64,000 bases of DNA from Candidatus Paceibacter sp. (GCA_020724865.1 DYGA01000005.1:4094-68093); one strand, 5' to 3'; positions 10,658 to 20,260 are shown, counted from the first letter of the stretch. Program-made: numbers and translations. Notes: a model not told the origin generated them from the sequence alone.

Positions 10658-11944
10658 ATGCAATGGTATCAGAGAATTCAGCAAGTTTGGCAGACTAAAG
10701 AAGTTAGAAACGACATCTTGTTTGTTTTGTTGATTTTAGTGATATTTAGAATTGGCGCTCATATTCCTATTCCGGGAATTGATACTGGTAATTTGCGAGA
10801 ATTTTTTGCTTCCAATCAAATTTTAGGACTTTTAAATCTTTTTTCCGGCGGCGGATTGGAAAATTTTTCTATCATGATGTTAGGCGTTGGTCCTTATATT
10901 ACTTCTTCAATTATTTTTCAATTGTTGGTAATGATTGTCCCCAAATTGGAAGAATTATCTAAGGAAGGTGAAAATGGACAGAGGAAAATAAATCAATATA
11001 CCAAATGGGCAACCATTCCTTTAGCTGTTTTGCAGGGTTATGGATTTATCACTTTGATGCAACGACAAGGGGGTGGAGTAAGTTTAATCGGTGACTTAAC
11101 TTTTTTCCAATATTTGACTGCTATTGTCACAGTGACTGCCGGTACTATGCTTTTGACTTGGCTGGGTGATTTAATTTCTGAACGACACATTGGTAATGGT
11201 GTATCATTGCTAATTTTTGCTGGAATTATTGCTGGGTTACCCACGGCTTTACAACAAACATTACTGGCATTTGATATATCACAGTTGACAACCGTGGTTT
11301 TATTTGCGCTTATTGCTTTAGCGACGGTGGTAGGAGTGGTATTTATAACTGAAGGCCAAAGACAGATTCCGGTAACTTATGCTCGTCGGGTGAGGGGTAT
11401 GACACAATATGGCGGAACTAATACTCACTTACCTTTGCGGGTTAACCAAGGCGGCGTCATCCCAATCATTTTTGCTATTTCGGTTATAATTTTTCCTTCC
11501 ATGATCGCCCAGTTTTTTGTTCAAGCTAAAAGCGCTTGGTTGTCAAATACAGCGGAGTATATTATTCAATTGTTCAATAATCAAATTTTTTACGGTGTAT
11601 TTTATTTTATTTTAGTAGTGGCTTTTACTTATTTTTATTCAGCAGTAGTATTTAAACCAGACCAGGTGGCAGAAAATTTACAAAAGCAGGGCGGATTTAT
11701 TCCTGGCATTAGACCGGGCAGGCCAACTGCTGAATATTTGCAGGCTACTGTCAATCGCATAAATTTGACTGGTTCAATATTTTTAGGCGTTATTGCTGTA
11801 TTACCTTTAATTTTGCAAGCTTATACTGGAATGAGTACTTTGGTGGTTGGCGGAACATCTTTATTGATAGTGGTGTCGGTAGTTATTGAATCAGTCAAGA
11901 AAGTTGAAGCCCAGCTGGAAATGCATGATTATGATGTTTATTAG
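10658..11944 (+). CDS. secY: Preprotein translocase subunit SecY
   Basis: A 428-aa 10-TM protein in the canonical position after rplO, with SecY plug and TM2/TM7 motifs. Confidence 0.94.
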   Translation: MQWYQRIQQVWQTKEVRNDILFVLLILVIFRIGAHIPIPGIDTGNLREFFASNQILGLLNLFSGGGLENFSIMMLGVGPYITSSIIFQLLVMIVPKLEELSKEGENGQRKINQYTKWATIPLAVLQGYGFITLMQRQGGGVSLIGDLTFFQYLTAIVTVTAGTMLLTWLGDLISERHIGNGVSLLIFAGIIAGLPTALQQTLLAFDISQLTTVVLFALIALATVVGVVFITEGQRQIPVTYARRVRGMTQYGGTNTHLPLRVNQGGVIPIIFAISVIIFPSMIAQFFVQAKSAWLSNTAEYIIQLFNNQIFYGVFYFILVVAFTYFYSAVVFKPDQVAENLQKQGGFIPGIRPGRPTAEYLQATVNRINLTGSIFLGVIAVLPLILQAYTGMSTLVVGGTSLLIVVSVVIESVKKVEAQLEMHDYDVY

Positions 11945-11954
11945 TTTTTATCTG

Positions 11955-11987
11955 CCGCTCCGACTAAATAGTCGGGGCGGTTTTTTA
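11955..11987 (+). terminator. Rho-independent terminator after secY
   Basis: An 11-bp GC-rich stem (ccgctccgact/agtcggggcgg) with loop aaat, followed by T6. Confidence 0.8.
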
Positions 11988-12036
11988 TTTTATTAAAATT
12001 AGTTACAATATAATAAGAATTATTAATAAAAAAACA

Positions 12037-12687
12037 ATGTTGAATATTGTGATTATTGGACCACAAGGTTCAGGTAAAGGCACTCAAGCTAATTTGATTG
12101 CCGCTAAATATAAAATTGCCAATATATCAACTGGGGAAATGTTTAGAGAAGCGGTCAAAAATCAAACTGATTTAGGCAAAGCAGTCAAAGCAATAATTGA
12201 TCGTGGTGATTTAGTGCCTGATGATTTAACCAACGAGTTAGTAAAAGAGCGTCTCAGTAAAGATGATTGTCAATTTGGTTTTATTCTTGATGGTTATCCT
12301 AGAAATTTGTCTCAGGCCGAATATTTATTGACTCATCAAAAGATAACGCACGTTTTGGAAATTTGGATTTCAGATGAAGAAGCAATTAAACGTATCTCTG
12401 GTCGCCGAATTTGTAGTAATTGTGGCACCACCTATCATGTGTTATATAATCCTCCAAAACAGGAAAATATTTGCGATCGCTGCGGTGGTAAATTGACACA
12501 ACGTGATGATGATAATGAAAAATCAGTTAAACAAAGATTAAAAATTTATCATCAAGAAACCGAATCAATAATTAGTTTTTTTCAGAAAAAAAATTTACTT
12601 TATTGCATCAATGGCGAACAACGTATTCCAGATGTTGCTCGTGATGTTTATTCGGTTTTAGATAAAAAAAATGATATTAAAGAATAA
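12037..12687 (+). CDS. adk: Adenylate kinase with a Zn-binding lid
   Basis: P-loop GPQGSGKGT and a lid with CSNCG...CDRCG. Confidence 0.95.
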   Translation: MLNIVIIGPQGSGKGTQANLIAAKYKIANISTGEMFREAVKNQTDLGKAVKAIIDRGDLVPDDLTNELVKERLSKDDCQFGFILDGYPRNLSQAEYLLTHQKITHVLEIWISDEEAIKRISGRRICSNCGTTYHVLYNPPKQENICDRCGGKLTQRDDDNEKSVKQRLKIYHQETESIISFFQKKNLLYCINGEQRIPDVARDVYSVLDKKNDIKE

Positions 12688-13420
12688 AACAGATTTGAAA
12701 AAACTCAAAGCTGGTGGGGCACTATTGGCTTCGGTTTTAAAAAAAGTCAGTACTAGCATTGAAATTGGTATAACCACTAAGGAACTTGATAATATTGCTC
12801 AAAAGTTGATAAAAGATTTTGGTGCCAAACCTTCATTTCTTGGTTTTGAAGGTTATCCAGCAGCACTTTGTACTTCAGTAAATGAGCAATTAGTTCATGG
12901 TATACCAAATAATTATCAACTAAAATCAGGAGATATTATTGGTATTGATTGCGGTGTGTGGTATGAGGGGTTTTGTACTGATATGGCTTTGACAGTTGGC
13001 GTTGGTAAAATAACTGAACAAGATGAAAAGTTAATTAAAGTAACCAAGCAGTCTTTAAACGAAGGTTTAAATACAATTAAAGCTGGTAGTAAAACCGGAG
13101 ATTATGGTTATGCAGTACAAACATATGTTGAAAAAAATGGATTTTCAGTAATTAGGAGTTTAGTTGGTCATGGTGTTGGTTTAGCAGTTCATGAAGAACC
13201 GCGAGTTCCTAATTATGGAGAAGCTGGCAAAGGACAAATTTTTTCTGCCGGAATGGTTTTGGCTTTAGAGCCTATGGTTTCAATTGGTTCTTACCAAATA
13301 GAAACTTTGGCAGATGGTTGGACTATTGTTATGACTGATGGGGCAAATTCAGCTCATTTTGAACTGACCATAGTAGTTACGGAAGATGGTTATGATTTAA
13401 TTACCCCCAAAATTTGGTGA
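12671..13420 (+). CDS. map: Methionine aminopeptidase type I
   Basis: MetAP pita-bread fold motifs (HGIP, DIIGIDCG, GHGVG, EPMV). It overlaps the adk end by 17 nt. Confidence 0.92.
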   Translation: MILKNKTDLKKLKAGGALLASVLKKVSTSIEIGITTKELDNIAQKLIKDFGAKPSFLGFEGYPAALCTSVNEQLVHGIPNNYQLKSGDIIGIDCGVWYEGFCTDMALTVGVGKITEQDEKLIKVTKQSLNEGLNTIKAGSKTGDYGYAVQTYVEKNGFSVIRSLVGHGVGLAVHEEPRVPNYGEAGKGQIFSAGMVLALEPMVSIGSYQIETLADGWTIVMTDGANSAHFELTIVVTEDGYDLITPKIW

Positions 13421-13437
13421 TTTTAAAATATTTTTGT

Positions 13438-13815
13438 ATGAAAGCATTGGGTATAGATTATGGTGAAAAAAAAATTGGCTTAAGTATCTCGGCTGGAAGT
13501 ATTGCTTTGCCTTGGAAAATATTGAATAATTTTAAGTCAAATAATGAAGTTATTGATGAAATAAAAAAAATAATAGATCAAGAAAAAATAGAAGTTATTG
13601 TCGTGGGCAAACCATTATCATTGCGCGGGACAAGGTCAAACCAAACTAAGGTGGTAAATGATTTTGTGGATTTTATTAAAAAAAATGTCAATCTACCAGT
13701 ATATGAGATTGATGAAAGGTTTTCTAGCCAAATGGCTCAAAAACAGTCAGGTGGTAGAAATGATGATGCCCAAGCAGCTGCTAATATTTTACAAACTTAT
13801 TTAGATAAAATATAA
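13438..13815 (+). CDS. ruvX: YqgF/RuvX-like putative Holliday junction resolvase / pre-16S rRNA nuclease
   Basis: ALGIDYGEKKIGLSIS N-terminal RNase H-like motif. The start is taken at the internal Met of the ORF-track entry at 13414. Confidence 0.8.
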   Translation: MKALGIDYGEKKIGLSISAGSIALPWKILNNFKSNNEVIDEIKKIIDQEKIEVIVVGKPLSLRGTRSNQTKVVNDFVDFIKKNVNLPVYEIDERFSSQMAQKQSGGRNDDAQAAANILQTYLDKI

Positions 13816-13823
13816 ATTAATTT

Positions 13824-14912
13824 ATGTGGCGGGGAACAGTTTGGTTTTACGTTTTACCATTTATCAGCGCTTTACTAATTATTCAACCCTTAGTATGGCT
13901 GGTGATTAGAATAGCTAGATATTATAAAATATTGGATTGGCCTGATAATAAACGTAAATTACATCAAAGACCAGTGCCTTTGTGGGGAGGTTTAGCTTTG
14001 GGCATTGGTTTTATTTTGTGTTTATTTTTGTTTTTTAAATTTGGTTTTTTGCTTGATGGCAGATTGAATATAAATTATATTCTAGCTTTAGCTTTGGCCA
14101 GCTTTTTGTTAGTATTAGGTGGAATTTTAGATGATAAATATCATCTTTCACCAGGTAAACAGTTTATCTGGCCGTTATTGGCAGTGGCAGTTATTGTGTT
14201 TAGTGGTATTCAAGTACACTTTGTTACTAACCCCTTAGGGGGTATTTTACATTTAGATTTTTGGCAAATAAATTTAACCGGTTTTGTATTTTCGCCGCTG
14301 GCTTTATTTATTTCCTTTTTTTGGTTGTTAGGTATGATATATACCACAAAATTTTTAGATGGTTTGGATGGTTTAGTTTCAGGTATGACTGGTTTAGGAG
14401 CAATTTTTATTTTTTTTGTATCTTTAGCTTGGGATATACCTAATTCTGGAACTTCAGTATTAGCTTTGATTGTAGCTGGTTTAATGTTTGGTTTTTTAAT
14501 TTGGAATTTTTTTCCGGCTAAGATATTTCTTGGTGAAGCTGGATCAACTTTGGCCGGTTTATGGTTAGGAGTATTGGCCATAATCTCCGGTGGTAAAATT
14601 GCTACTGCTCTATTGGTGATGGGATTGCCAATTTTAGATGTTGTTTGGGTAATAGTCCGTCGCATTTTTTGGGACAGGACTTCACCAACCACGGCAGATC
14701 GAAAACACCTTCATTTTCGTTTATTGGATGTAGGTTTTTCTCATCGGCAGGCAGTTTTGTTTTTATATTTACTGGCTACTTTATTTGGCTCAGTGGCATT
14801 ATTTCAAAACTCTAAAGGAAAATTGATTCTTTTTTTAGTTTTATTGGTTGTAATGGTGATTATTGGTTCAATATTAGTTTTAGTTTATAAGAAAAAAAAT
14901 GTTAAAAAATAA
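13824..14912 (+). CDS. Glycosyltransferase family 4 polyprenyl-phosphate sugar-1-phosphate transferase, WecA/MraY family
   Basis: A 10-11-TM protein with RPVPLWGGLA, DD and FLDGLDGLVSG motifs typical of WecA/TagO/MraY. Confidence 0.75.
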   Translation: MWRGTVWFYVLPFISALLIIQPLVWLVIRIARYYKILDWPDNKRKLHQRPVPLWGGLALGIGFILCLFLFFKFGFLLDGRLNINYILALALASFLLVLGGILDDKYHLSPGKQFIWPLLAVAVIVFSGIQVHFVTNPLGGILHLDFWQINLTGFVFSPLALFISFFWLLGMIYTTKFLDGLDGLVSGMTGLGAIFIFFVSLAWDIPNSGTSVLALIVAGLMFGFLIWNFFPAKIFLGEAGSTLAGLWLGVLAIISGGKIATALLVMGLPILDVVWVIVRRIFWDRTSPTTADRKHLHFRLLDVGFSHRQAVLFLYLLATLFGSVALFQNSKGKLILFLVLLVVMVIIGSILVLVYKKKNVKK

Positions 14913-15381
14913 GTTAATTTTTTTGATAATTTTTGCTAGTTTGGTATTTTTTTTAACTGGTTGTTTTACTTTTACCTCAGTGCAACTTAAGCAAATTGCC
15001 GAAAATAAAAATGAAAAAATATCAGCCATAGAAATTAATGGACAAATTATTAAGTTAGAATTAGCGGAATCTGTAAGTCAACAGATCAAGGGATTATCGG
15101 GTCGTGATTTTTTATTTCCTGACCAAGGCATGTTATTTGTTTATAGTGATTATCAATTGCCGGGTTTTTGGATGAAGGGTATGTTATTTCCCTTGGATAT
15201 TATTTGGTTGCGAGATAATAAAATTGTGGGTTGGGAAAAAAATATTCCGATTGCTACTTCTACCAATTTACAAATTTATTATCCCCCTGAACCAGTTAAT
15301 TATGTATTAGAGGTGGTTGCTGGTACGGTTGATAATTTAGATATCAAAGTAGGTGAAGAGGTTGTCTATAGAGTTGACTAG
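14899..15381 (+). CDS. DUF192-family lipoprotein
   Basis: Lipobox LTGC after a signal peptide. The DUF192 core is present (GLSGRDFL...GMLFVY...FWMKGMLFPLDIIWL). Confidence 0.65.
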   Translation: MLKNKLIFLIIFASLVFFLTGCFTFTSVQLKQIAENKNEKISAIEINGQIIKLELAESVSQQIKGLSGRDFLFPDQGMLFVYSDYQLPGFWMKGMLFPLDIIWLRDNKIVGWEKNIPIATSTNLQIYYPPEPVNYVLEVVAGTVDNLDIKVGEEVVYRVD

Positions 15382-15434
15382 AAAATTTAATTAAGTTAGA
15401 ATGTCTATACTAATTATCAATTAATAAAATATCT

Positions 15435-15749
15435 ATGAATTTAGCAGTTATAAAAACCGGTGGTAAACAATATGTTGTTACTGCGGGACAAAAATTGAAA
15501 GTAGAAAAATTGCCAGCAGCAGAAAAAGATAAAATTGATTTTACTGAAGTTTTATTAGTGGCTGATGATAAAAATGTAAAAATTGGTCAGCCGTTTTTAA
15601 CTGGTACAAAGGTTACTGCTACTGTTTTAACTCATGGTAAATCTAAAAAAGTTACAGGTTATCATTATAAACCTAAGACCAGAAATAAGAAAAAATTTGG
15701 TCACCGTCAGCCATTTTCTGAAGTAGAAATTCTTAAAATCACTGCTTAG
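15435..15749 (+). CDS. rplU: 50S ribosomal protein L21
   Basis: MNLAVIKTGGKQYVV...GHRQPFSEVEI L21 signature. Confidence 0.93.
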   Translation: MNLAVIKTGGKQYVVTAGQKLKVEKLPAAEKDKIDFTEVLLVADDKNVKIGQPFLTGTKVTATVLTHGKSKKVTGYHYKPKTRNKKKFGHRQPFSEVEILKITA

Positions 15750-15763
15750 TTTTTGTCTATTAA

Positions 15764-15793
15764 CAAAACACCGGGCGTATCGCCCGGTTTTAT
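15764..15793. terminator. Bidirectional terminator between rplU and recR
   Basis: ccgggcg-tat-cgcccgg stem flanked by an A-run and a T-run. Confidence 0.75.
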
Positions 15794-15847
15794 ATTGAGT
15801 TAATTATCAGATATTCCAAAGTATTGAAGATATATTTAAAGCTTATA

Positions 15848-16456
15848 CTATTTAATTTTTTGTCTATTGTCTAAAGCTTCAGTCAGGGTGATGTCATCAG
15901 TATATTCTAAATCAGCTCCTATTGGCAGACCACGGGCCAGTTTGGTTAGAGTAATATTTAGTGGTGATAATATCTTTTTTAAATACAGAGCAGTTGTTTC
16001 TCCACTCATGTCGGGGTTAAAGGCCAAAATTATTTCGTTGAATTTTGGTTTAGCCGAATTGATTCTGTTTATGAGCTGAGGAATTTTAATTTCTTCGGGA
16101 CCTTGATTTTTAATTGGCTCCAAGCAACCGTCAAGGATAAAATATAACCCGTGATAATGTCCAGTTTTTTCAATAGCTTGCAGTTCAGAGTGACCACTAA
16201 CAATACATAAAATATTTTTATCTCTATTTTTCCCTTGGCAAATAGAACAAGGTGATTTTTCTGTGAAGTTACGACACAATTCACAGCGAGTTAGTTGAGC
16301 ATTTAAGTTTATCAGGTCTTGACTTAAAGTTTTTAAAAGATTGTCCGGTTGTTGCAGGAGATATAAAACAATTCTTTCAGCGGTGCGTGGGCCAACTGAG
16401 GGCAATTTGGCAAAGGTATTGATAATTTTTTGAATTATTTCCGGATAACCAGACAT
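15848..16456 (-). CDS. recR: Recombination protein RecR
   Basis: HhH region, C4 zinc finger (CELC...CSIC) and Toprim domain. Confidence 0.92.
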   Translation of the reverse strand: MSGYPEIIQKIINTFAKLPSVGPRTAERIVLYLLQQPDNLLKTLSQDLINLNAQLTRCELCRNFTEKSPCSICQGKNRDKNILCIVSGHSELQAIEKTGHYHGLYFILDGCLEPIKNQGPEEIKIPQLINRINSAKPKFNEIILAFNPDMSGETTALYLKKILSPLNITLTKLARGLPIGADLEYTDDITLTEALDNRQKIK

Positions 16457-16459
16457 AGT

Positions 16460-16756
16460 TTATTTGAGATTGGGTAGAGTGTAACCAGAATCTTTTATTT
16501 TTTTTGCCATAACTCGATGAATTTTTTTTATCAAATCTTCATGAGCTTTGATAATATTTTTTTCCAATTGTTGTTTTTTATCACGACTTAAAAGTTCAGG
16601 ATCAATTTCACAGGCAGTTAGATTTTGATTTCCATCCATACGTAAAGTCACGCCGTTATAAGTAACCTCTTCACTTTCCTGACTGAGGGTTTTTTGCATT
16701 GCTTTGGCTTGATTACGCAATTCTTTTATTTGATTGAGTTTGGAAAACATTGACAT
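16460..16756 (-). CDS. ybaB: Nucleoid-associated protein YbaB/EbfC
   Basis: A 98-aa protein with the YbaB pattern. It lies directly upstream of recR, as in the conserved dnaX-ybaB-recR neighbourhood. Confidence 0.85.
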   Translation of the reverse strand: MSMFSKLNQIKELRNQAKAMQKTLSQESEEVTYNGVTLRMDGNQNLTACEIDPELLSRDKKQQLEKNIIKAHEDLIKKIHRVMAKKIKDSGYTLPNLK

Positions 16757-16800
16757 ATAAATTTCGAATAATAATAAATTGAAAATAAAAAATTATTTTT

Positions 16801-18174
16801 TTATTCAAATTCTGGTTGAGGTGTATCGGAACGGGCTTTATTTTCAAATCTGACTTTATCTTCATTGAAAATTAATTCCAACCAGCCAGTCGGACCATTG
16901 CGATGTTTGGCAATTATTATTTCAGCTATATTTCTTTTGTCAGGATCAGTTTCTTCTCGTTTGTACATATATTCACGATAAATAAATAATACCACATCAG
17001 CGTCTTGTTCTATAGAGCCAGATTCACGCAAGTGGGCTAGTTTTGGTTTTGGCGGACGTTCCATTTCTACCGCTCGAGATAACTGTGACAGAGCCAGGAC
17101 TGGCACATTTAATTCACGAGCTAGAGCTTTTAGAGCGCGAGAAATTTCGCTTACCTCTTGCACGCGATTGTCAGAATTTTTACTTCGTCCCTCCATAAGT
17201 TGCAAATAGTCAATCATGATTAATTCTAACCCATGTTCAGCTTTCAATCTTCTGGCTTTTGTCCTTAGTTCCATAATATTGGCCGTAGCACTATCGTCAA
17301 TAAATATCGGCGCTTCTGATAGTACGGACATAGCATGACCAATTCTTGGGAAATCATCATCTTCTTCGCGGTCAGACAATCGACCAGTGCGCATACGCCA
17401 TAAATCAACTCCAGCTTCGGCGCAGAGCATACGATCCACCAGCTGTTCTTTGCTCATTTCCAAAGAAAATATACCTACCGGATGTCCGGCTTTGCCGATT
17501 TGTCGGGCGATATCTAAAGCCAAAGTGGTTTTACCCATTGACGGTCTGGCAGCTAAAATAATTAGATCTGATTTTTGCAAACCAGCTAGCTTGTTATCTA
17601 AATCATAAAAACCAGTAGGCAATCCTCTAATGCGCCCACCTTCTCGATGCATTTCGTCTATACGTTCAAAAGTTTCATCCAAGATAGATCTGACGGGAAT
17701 GAAATTTTGTTTTAAATGTTTTTGTGAAATTTGAAATATTTTTTGTTCCGCCTCATCCAGTAAAGCATCAACTTTTTCTTCTTCGCTAAAGCCTAGGGCG
17801 GTGATTTCTTGAGCAGCTCTGATTAGTTTTCGTAATGCAGCTTTTTTTTGTACGATTTGGGCATAAGATAAGATGTTACTGGAGGTCACTACCGAATTGG
17901 TAAGTTCAGCTAGGTAAGCCCGTCCGCCAATCTTATCCAAAATTTGCTTTTCTTGTAGACGATTTGTTAGGCTAAGTAAGTCAATTGGTTCCCGCTCGCT
18001 ATAAAGTTCAAGCATTGTTTCAAATATTTGTTGGTGAGCTTCTTTATAGAAATCATCACTAGATAAAAAATCAGCGATTTTGGCAATTGCTTCTTGATCA
18101 ATTAATATAGATCCCAAAACATTAGTTTCCGCTTCTAGATTTTGGGGTGGTAATTTATTTAGTTCATCTGACAT
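16801..18174 (-). CDS. dnaB: Replicative DNA helicase DnaB
   Basis: N-terminal DnaB domain, Walker A GARPSMGKT, Walker B and arginine finger. There is no intein. Confidence 0.93.
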   Translation of the reverse strand: MSDELNKLPPQNLEAETNVLGSILIDQEAIAKIADFLSSDDFYKEAHQQIFETMLELYSEREPIDLLSLTNRLQEKQILDKIGGRAYLAELTNSVVTSSNILSYAQIVQKKAALRKLIRAAQEITALGFSEEEKVDALLDEAEQKIFQISQKHLKQNFIPVRSILDETFERIDEMHREGGRIRGLPTGFYDLDNKLAGLQKSDLIILAARPSMGKTTLALDIARQIGKAGHPVGIFSLEMSKEQLVDRMLCAEAGVDLWRMRTGRLSDREEDDDFPRIGHAMSVLSEAPIFIDDSATANIMELRTKARRLKAEHGLELIMIDYLQLMEGRSKNSDNRVQEVSEISRALKALARELNVPVLALSQLSRAVEMERPPKPKLAHLRESGSIEQDADVVLFIYREYMYKREETDPDKRNIAEIIIAKHRNGPTGWLELIFNEDKVRFENKARSDTPQPEFE

Positions 18175-18310
18175 AGTAGTGTTATCTTACTGGAAAGAAA
18201 TCAATTTTTCAAGCTCTTATTTTACATAGGAAATCCACTTGTCATTCACATTTTTAATGTTAATATAAATATAAAAGAACTTTAAAAATCAATAAAAAAA
18301 GGAGTAAAAA

Positions 18311-19351
18311 ATGAAAAAGTCATTTTTATTTATTCGTAGTTGGTTATTGATATTGACTGTGTGTATTGTCGGTCAGGGTATTTATATTTATCATTTACAA
18401 ACAACTAACCAAAAATTAGAAGTAGCAAACGCCGAGCAATTGCAGTTTGTCAGCAGTATGATTGATACCTTGTGGTCTGACTTTTATATGCAAAATATTA
18501 ATATCCCTGAAAAAATTGTTTTTGCTGGTAAAGATATTTATTTAGACCAAGTAATACGTGAAGAATTGTGGCAACGTGTCGTCCGTTTCCAAAGTGAACA
18601 TTGGCGTTGGCCAATTTTAAATTATCGTCTAGATAAGTATTCATACGTTTTGGATACCTTGCGTTCCTTACAGGCTCCCGAAGATTTAAAATATGTGGCT
18701 ATCCAAGAAAGTTTTTTAAATCCCAAAGCAGTGTCCTGGGCTAAAGCATCGGGCTTTTGGCAATTTATGCCCCCGACTGGTAAAGCTTATAACCTAAAAA
18801 TAAATTATTATATTGATCAGCGTTTTGATCCAGTTGAGGCAACCATTGCCGCGGTTCAGCATTTTAATGATTTATTGACAGTTTTTAGTGGTAACTGGGC
18901 TTTATCTGCAGCTGCTTATAATACGGGTGAACAAAGAGTGTTACGCAGTATGAGAATACAAGGAACTGATAATTATTTTGATTTAAATTTACCAAGAGAA
19001 ACAACTGAATATTTTATTAATATTTTGGCTTGGAAAATAATTATTGAAAGAGAGGATAATTTTATCCGACGTTTTCAACCACAAGTTGAATTTTCTTTAC
19101 CAACTGTAGAAGTTAGATTGACCTTACAACGGCCGCTAAGAGCTAAAGATATTTTGCCAGTGTTTAATAATAGTTATCGAGTTTGGCGAATGCTCAATCC
19201 TATCTACATTAGAGATGAGGTGCCCAAAGGTACGCATTTGCTAAAAATCCCTAAAGAAAATCTAACGTTATTCAATCAGATAATTAATAAAAAAAGAGCC
19301 ATTTATATGGTGATTGATAATACAAAAAAAGATCTAAATTTAGGTGGTTAA
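18311..19351 (+). CDS. Membrane-anchored lytic transglycosylase, SLT domain
   Basis: N-terminal TM, then an SLT catalytic motif (QESFLNP...SGFWQFMPPTG) and AYNTGEQRV. Confidence 0.7.
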   Translation: MKKSFLFIRSWLLILTVCIVGQGIYIYHLQTTNQKLEVANAEQLQFVSSMIDTLWSDFYMQNINIPEKIVFAGKDIYLDQVIREELWQRVVRFQSEHWRWPILNYRLDKYSYVLDTLRSLQAPEDLKYVAIQESFLNPKAVSWAKASGFWQFMPPTGKAYNLKINYYIDQRFDPVEATIAAVQHFNDLLTVFSGNWALSAAAYNTGEQRVLRSMRIQGTDNYFDLNLPRETTEYFINILAWKIIIEREDNFIRRFQPQVEFSLPTVEVRLTLQRPLRAKDILPVFNNSYRVWRMLNPIYIRDEVPKGTHLLKIPKENLTLFNQIINKKRAIYMVIDNTKKDLNLGG

Positions 19352-19368
19352 TAAAAATTAATTTATAA

Positions 19369-19396
19369 AACCCAAGCGCAGATGTCTTGGGTTTTT
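19369..19396 (+). terminator. Rho-independent terminator
   Basis: acccaag/cttgggt stem followed by a T-run. Confidence 0.7.
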
Positions 19397-19531
19397 CTCT
19401 TGCCAAAATTATCTAAGTTTGATATATTAGGTTTTGTTATTTAGAAAGTTAGGATATAGGATAAAGGAGTTAGGATTTAGTATTATTAAAATTAGTAATT
19501 AATAATTAGATATTAGTAATTTACATTGTAT

Positions 19532-19607
19532 GGGTCGTTAGCTCAGTTGGTAGAGCGCCAGGCTTTTAACCTGGGCGTCACAGGTTCGAATCCTGTACGA
19601 CCCACCA
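19532..19607 (+). tRNA. tRNA-Lys (anticodon TTT)
   Basis: Manual cloverleaf: acceptor gggtcgt/acgaccc, D-arm gctc/gagc, anticodon stem ccagg/cctgg with loop cttTTTaa, T-arm acagg-ttcgaat-cctgt, and encoded CCA. Confidence 0.9.
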
Positions 19608-19638
19608 GAAATTACTTTCGAAAATTTATCAATTTTTT

Positions 19639-19670
19639 ATGGGCGGCACGTAGTGCCGCCCATTTATTTT
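19639..19670 (+). terminator. Terminator after tRNA-Lys
   Basis: atgggcggcac-gta-gtgccgcccat stem followed by a T-rich tract. Confidence 0.8.
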
Positions 19671-19723
19671 GTATTAATCATTTGTTCTCAAAAAAATAAA
19701 ATTTTTTACTGGTTTCTGCTTTG

Positions 19724-19815
19724 AACGAGCAGGGCGGCGGGGCTACACTTCGGCTCGAGTGCGGCGGAAGGGGGGGGGGGGGGGGGAGGAATTCCGACGT
19801 GTTAGGACGGCTAGT
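19724..19815. other. GC-rich island with a G17 homopolymer (19770-19786), either an unassigned structured RNA or an assembly artefact
   Basis: A roughly 90-nt stretch at about 65-70% GC inside a genome of about 30% GC. It contains direct gcggcgg repeats and 17 consecutive G, and has no coding potential other than a poly-Pro artefact ORF. Confidence 0.3.
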
Positions 19816-19946
19816 TTTGTTCAGGAATTTAGGATAAAATGAGTTCAAATGGTATTGTAAAGACACACTAAAATTTTACTTGTAAATTTATTGATTTTTC
19901 GTGTTAGTAGTTGAAATATTAATTTAATTTTTAAAAAGAGCAATTT

Positions 19947-20105
19947 ATGAAAGACAATAGCCAAAAATTATATGAATGCCCTGAATGTCATTTGAAATAT
20001 AAAGATAAAGAGTGGGCGGAAAAATGCGAAATATGGTGCCGCAAAAATCACAGTTGTAATTTGGAAATTACCGCTCAAGCCGAAAAGTCAGGAGAAGATG
20101 GTTAA
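19947..20105 (+). CDS. Small (52-aa) zinc-ribbon protein
   Basis: Manual translation: MKDNSQKLYECPECHLKYKDKEWAEKCEIWCRKNHSCNLEITAQAEKSGEDG. It has CPEC ... C..WC...HSC spacing. It falls below the ORF-track cutoff. Confidence 0.45.
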   Translation: MKDNSQKLYECPECHLKYKDKEWAEKCEIWCRKNHSCNLEITAQAEKSGEDG

Positions 20106-20232
20106 AATCATGACACAACAATAATTTGTTATATACTGCAAATTTTCCAAGAAATTTTAGCAGAGACAGTGATTTTTGACGGATAATTATTTTTTTAAAT
20201 TATATTATTGTGTCCAATAAATAAACCACAAA

Positions 20233-20260
20233 TACACCTTATTTATCAGGTGTTTTTTAT
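20233..20260 (+). terminator. Rho-independent terminator
   Basis: acacct/aggtgt stem followed by T6. Confidence 0.6.

Noticed and set aside
14210-14692. A 160-aa minus-strand ORF and a 60-aa plus-strand ORF inside the WecA-like gene.
   Set aside because: They are antisense or embedded in a well-supported 10-TM glycosyl-1-phosphate transferase. Their K-rich, low-complexity translation is typical of AT-rich frame shadows.
19678-19866. A 62-aa minus-strand ORF with a poly-proline run.
   Set aside because: The poly-Pro is simply the translation of the G17/C17 homopolymer. There is no start context. It is an artefact of the GC island.
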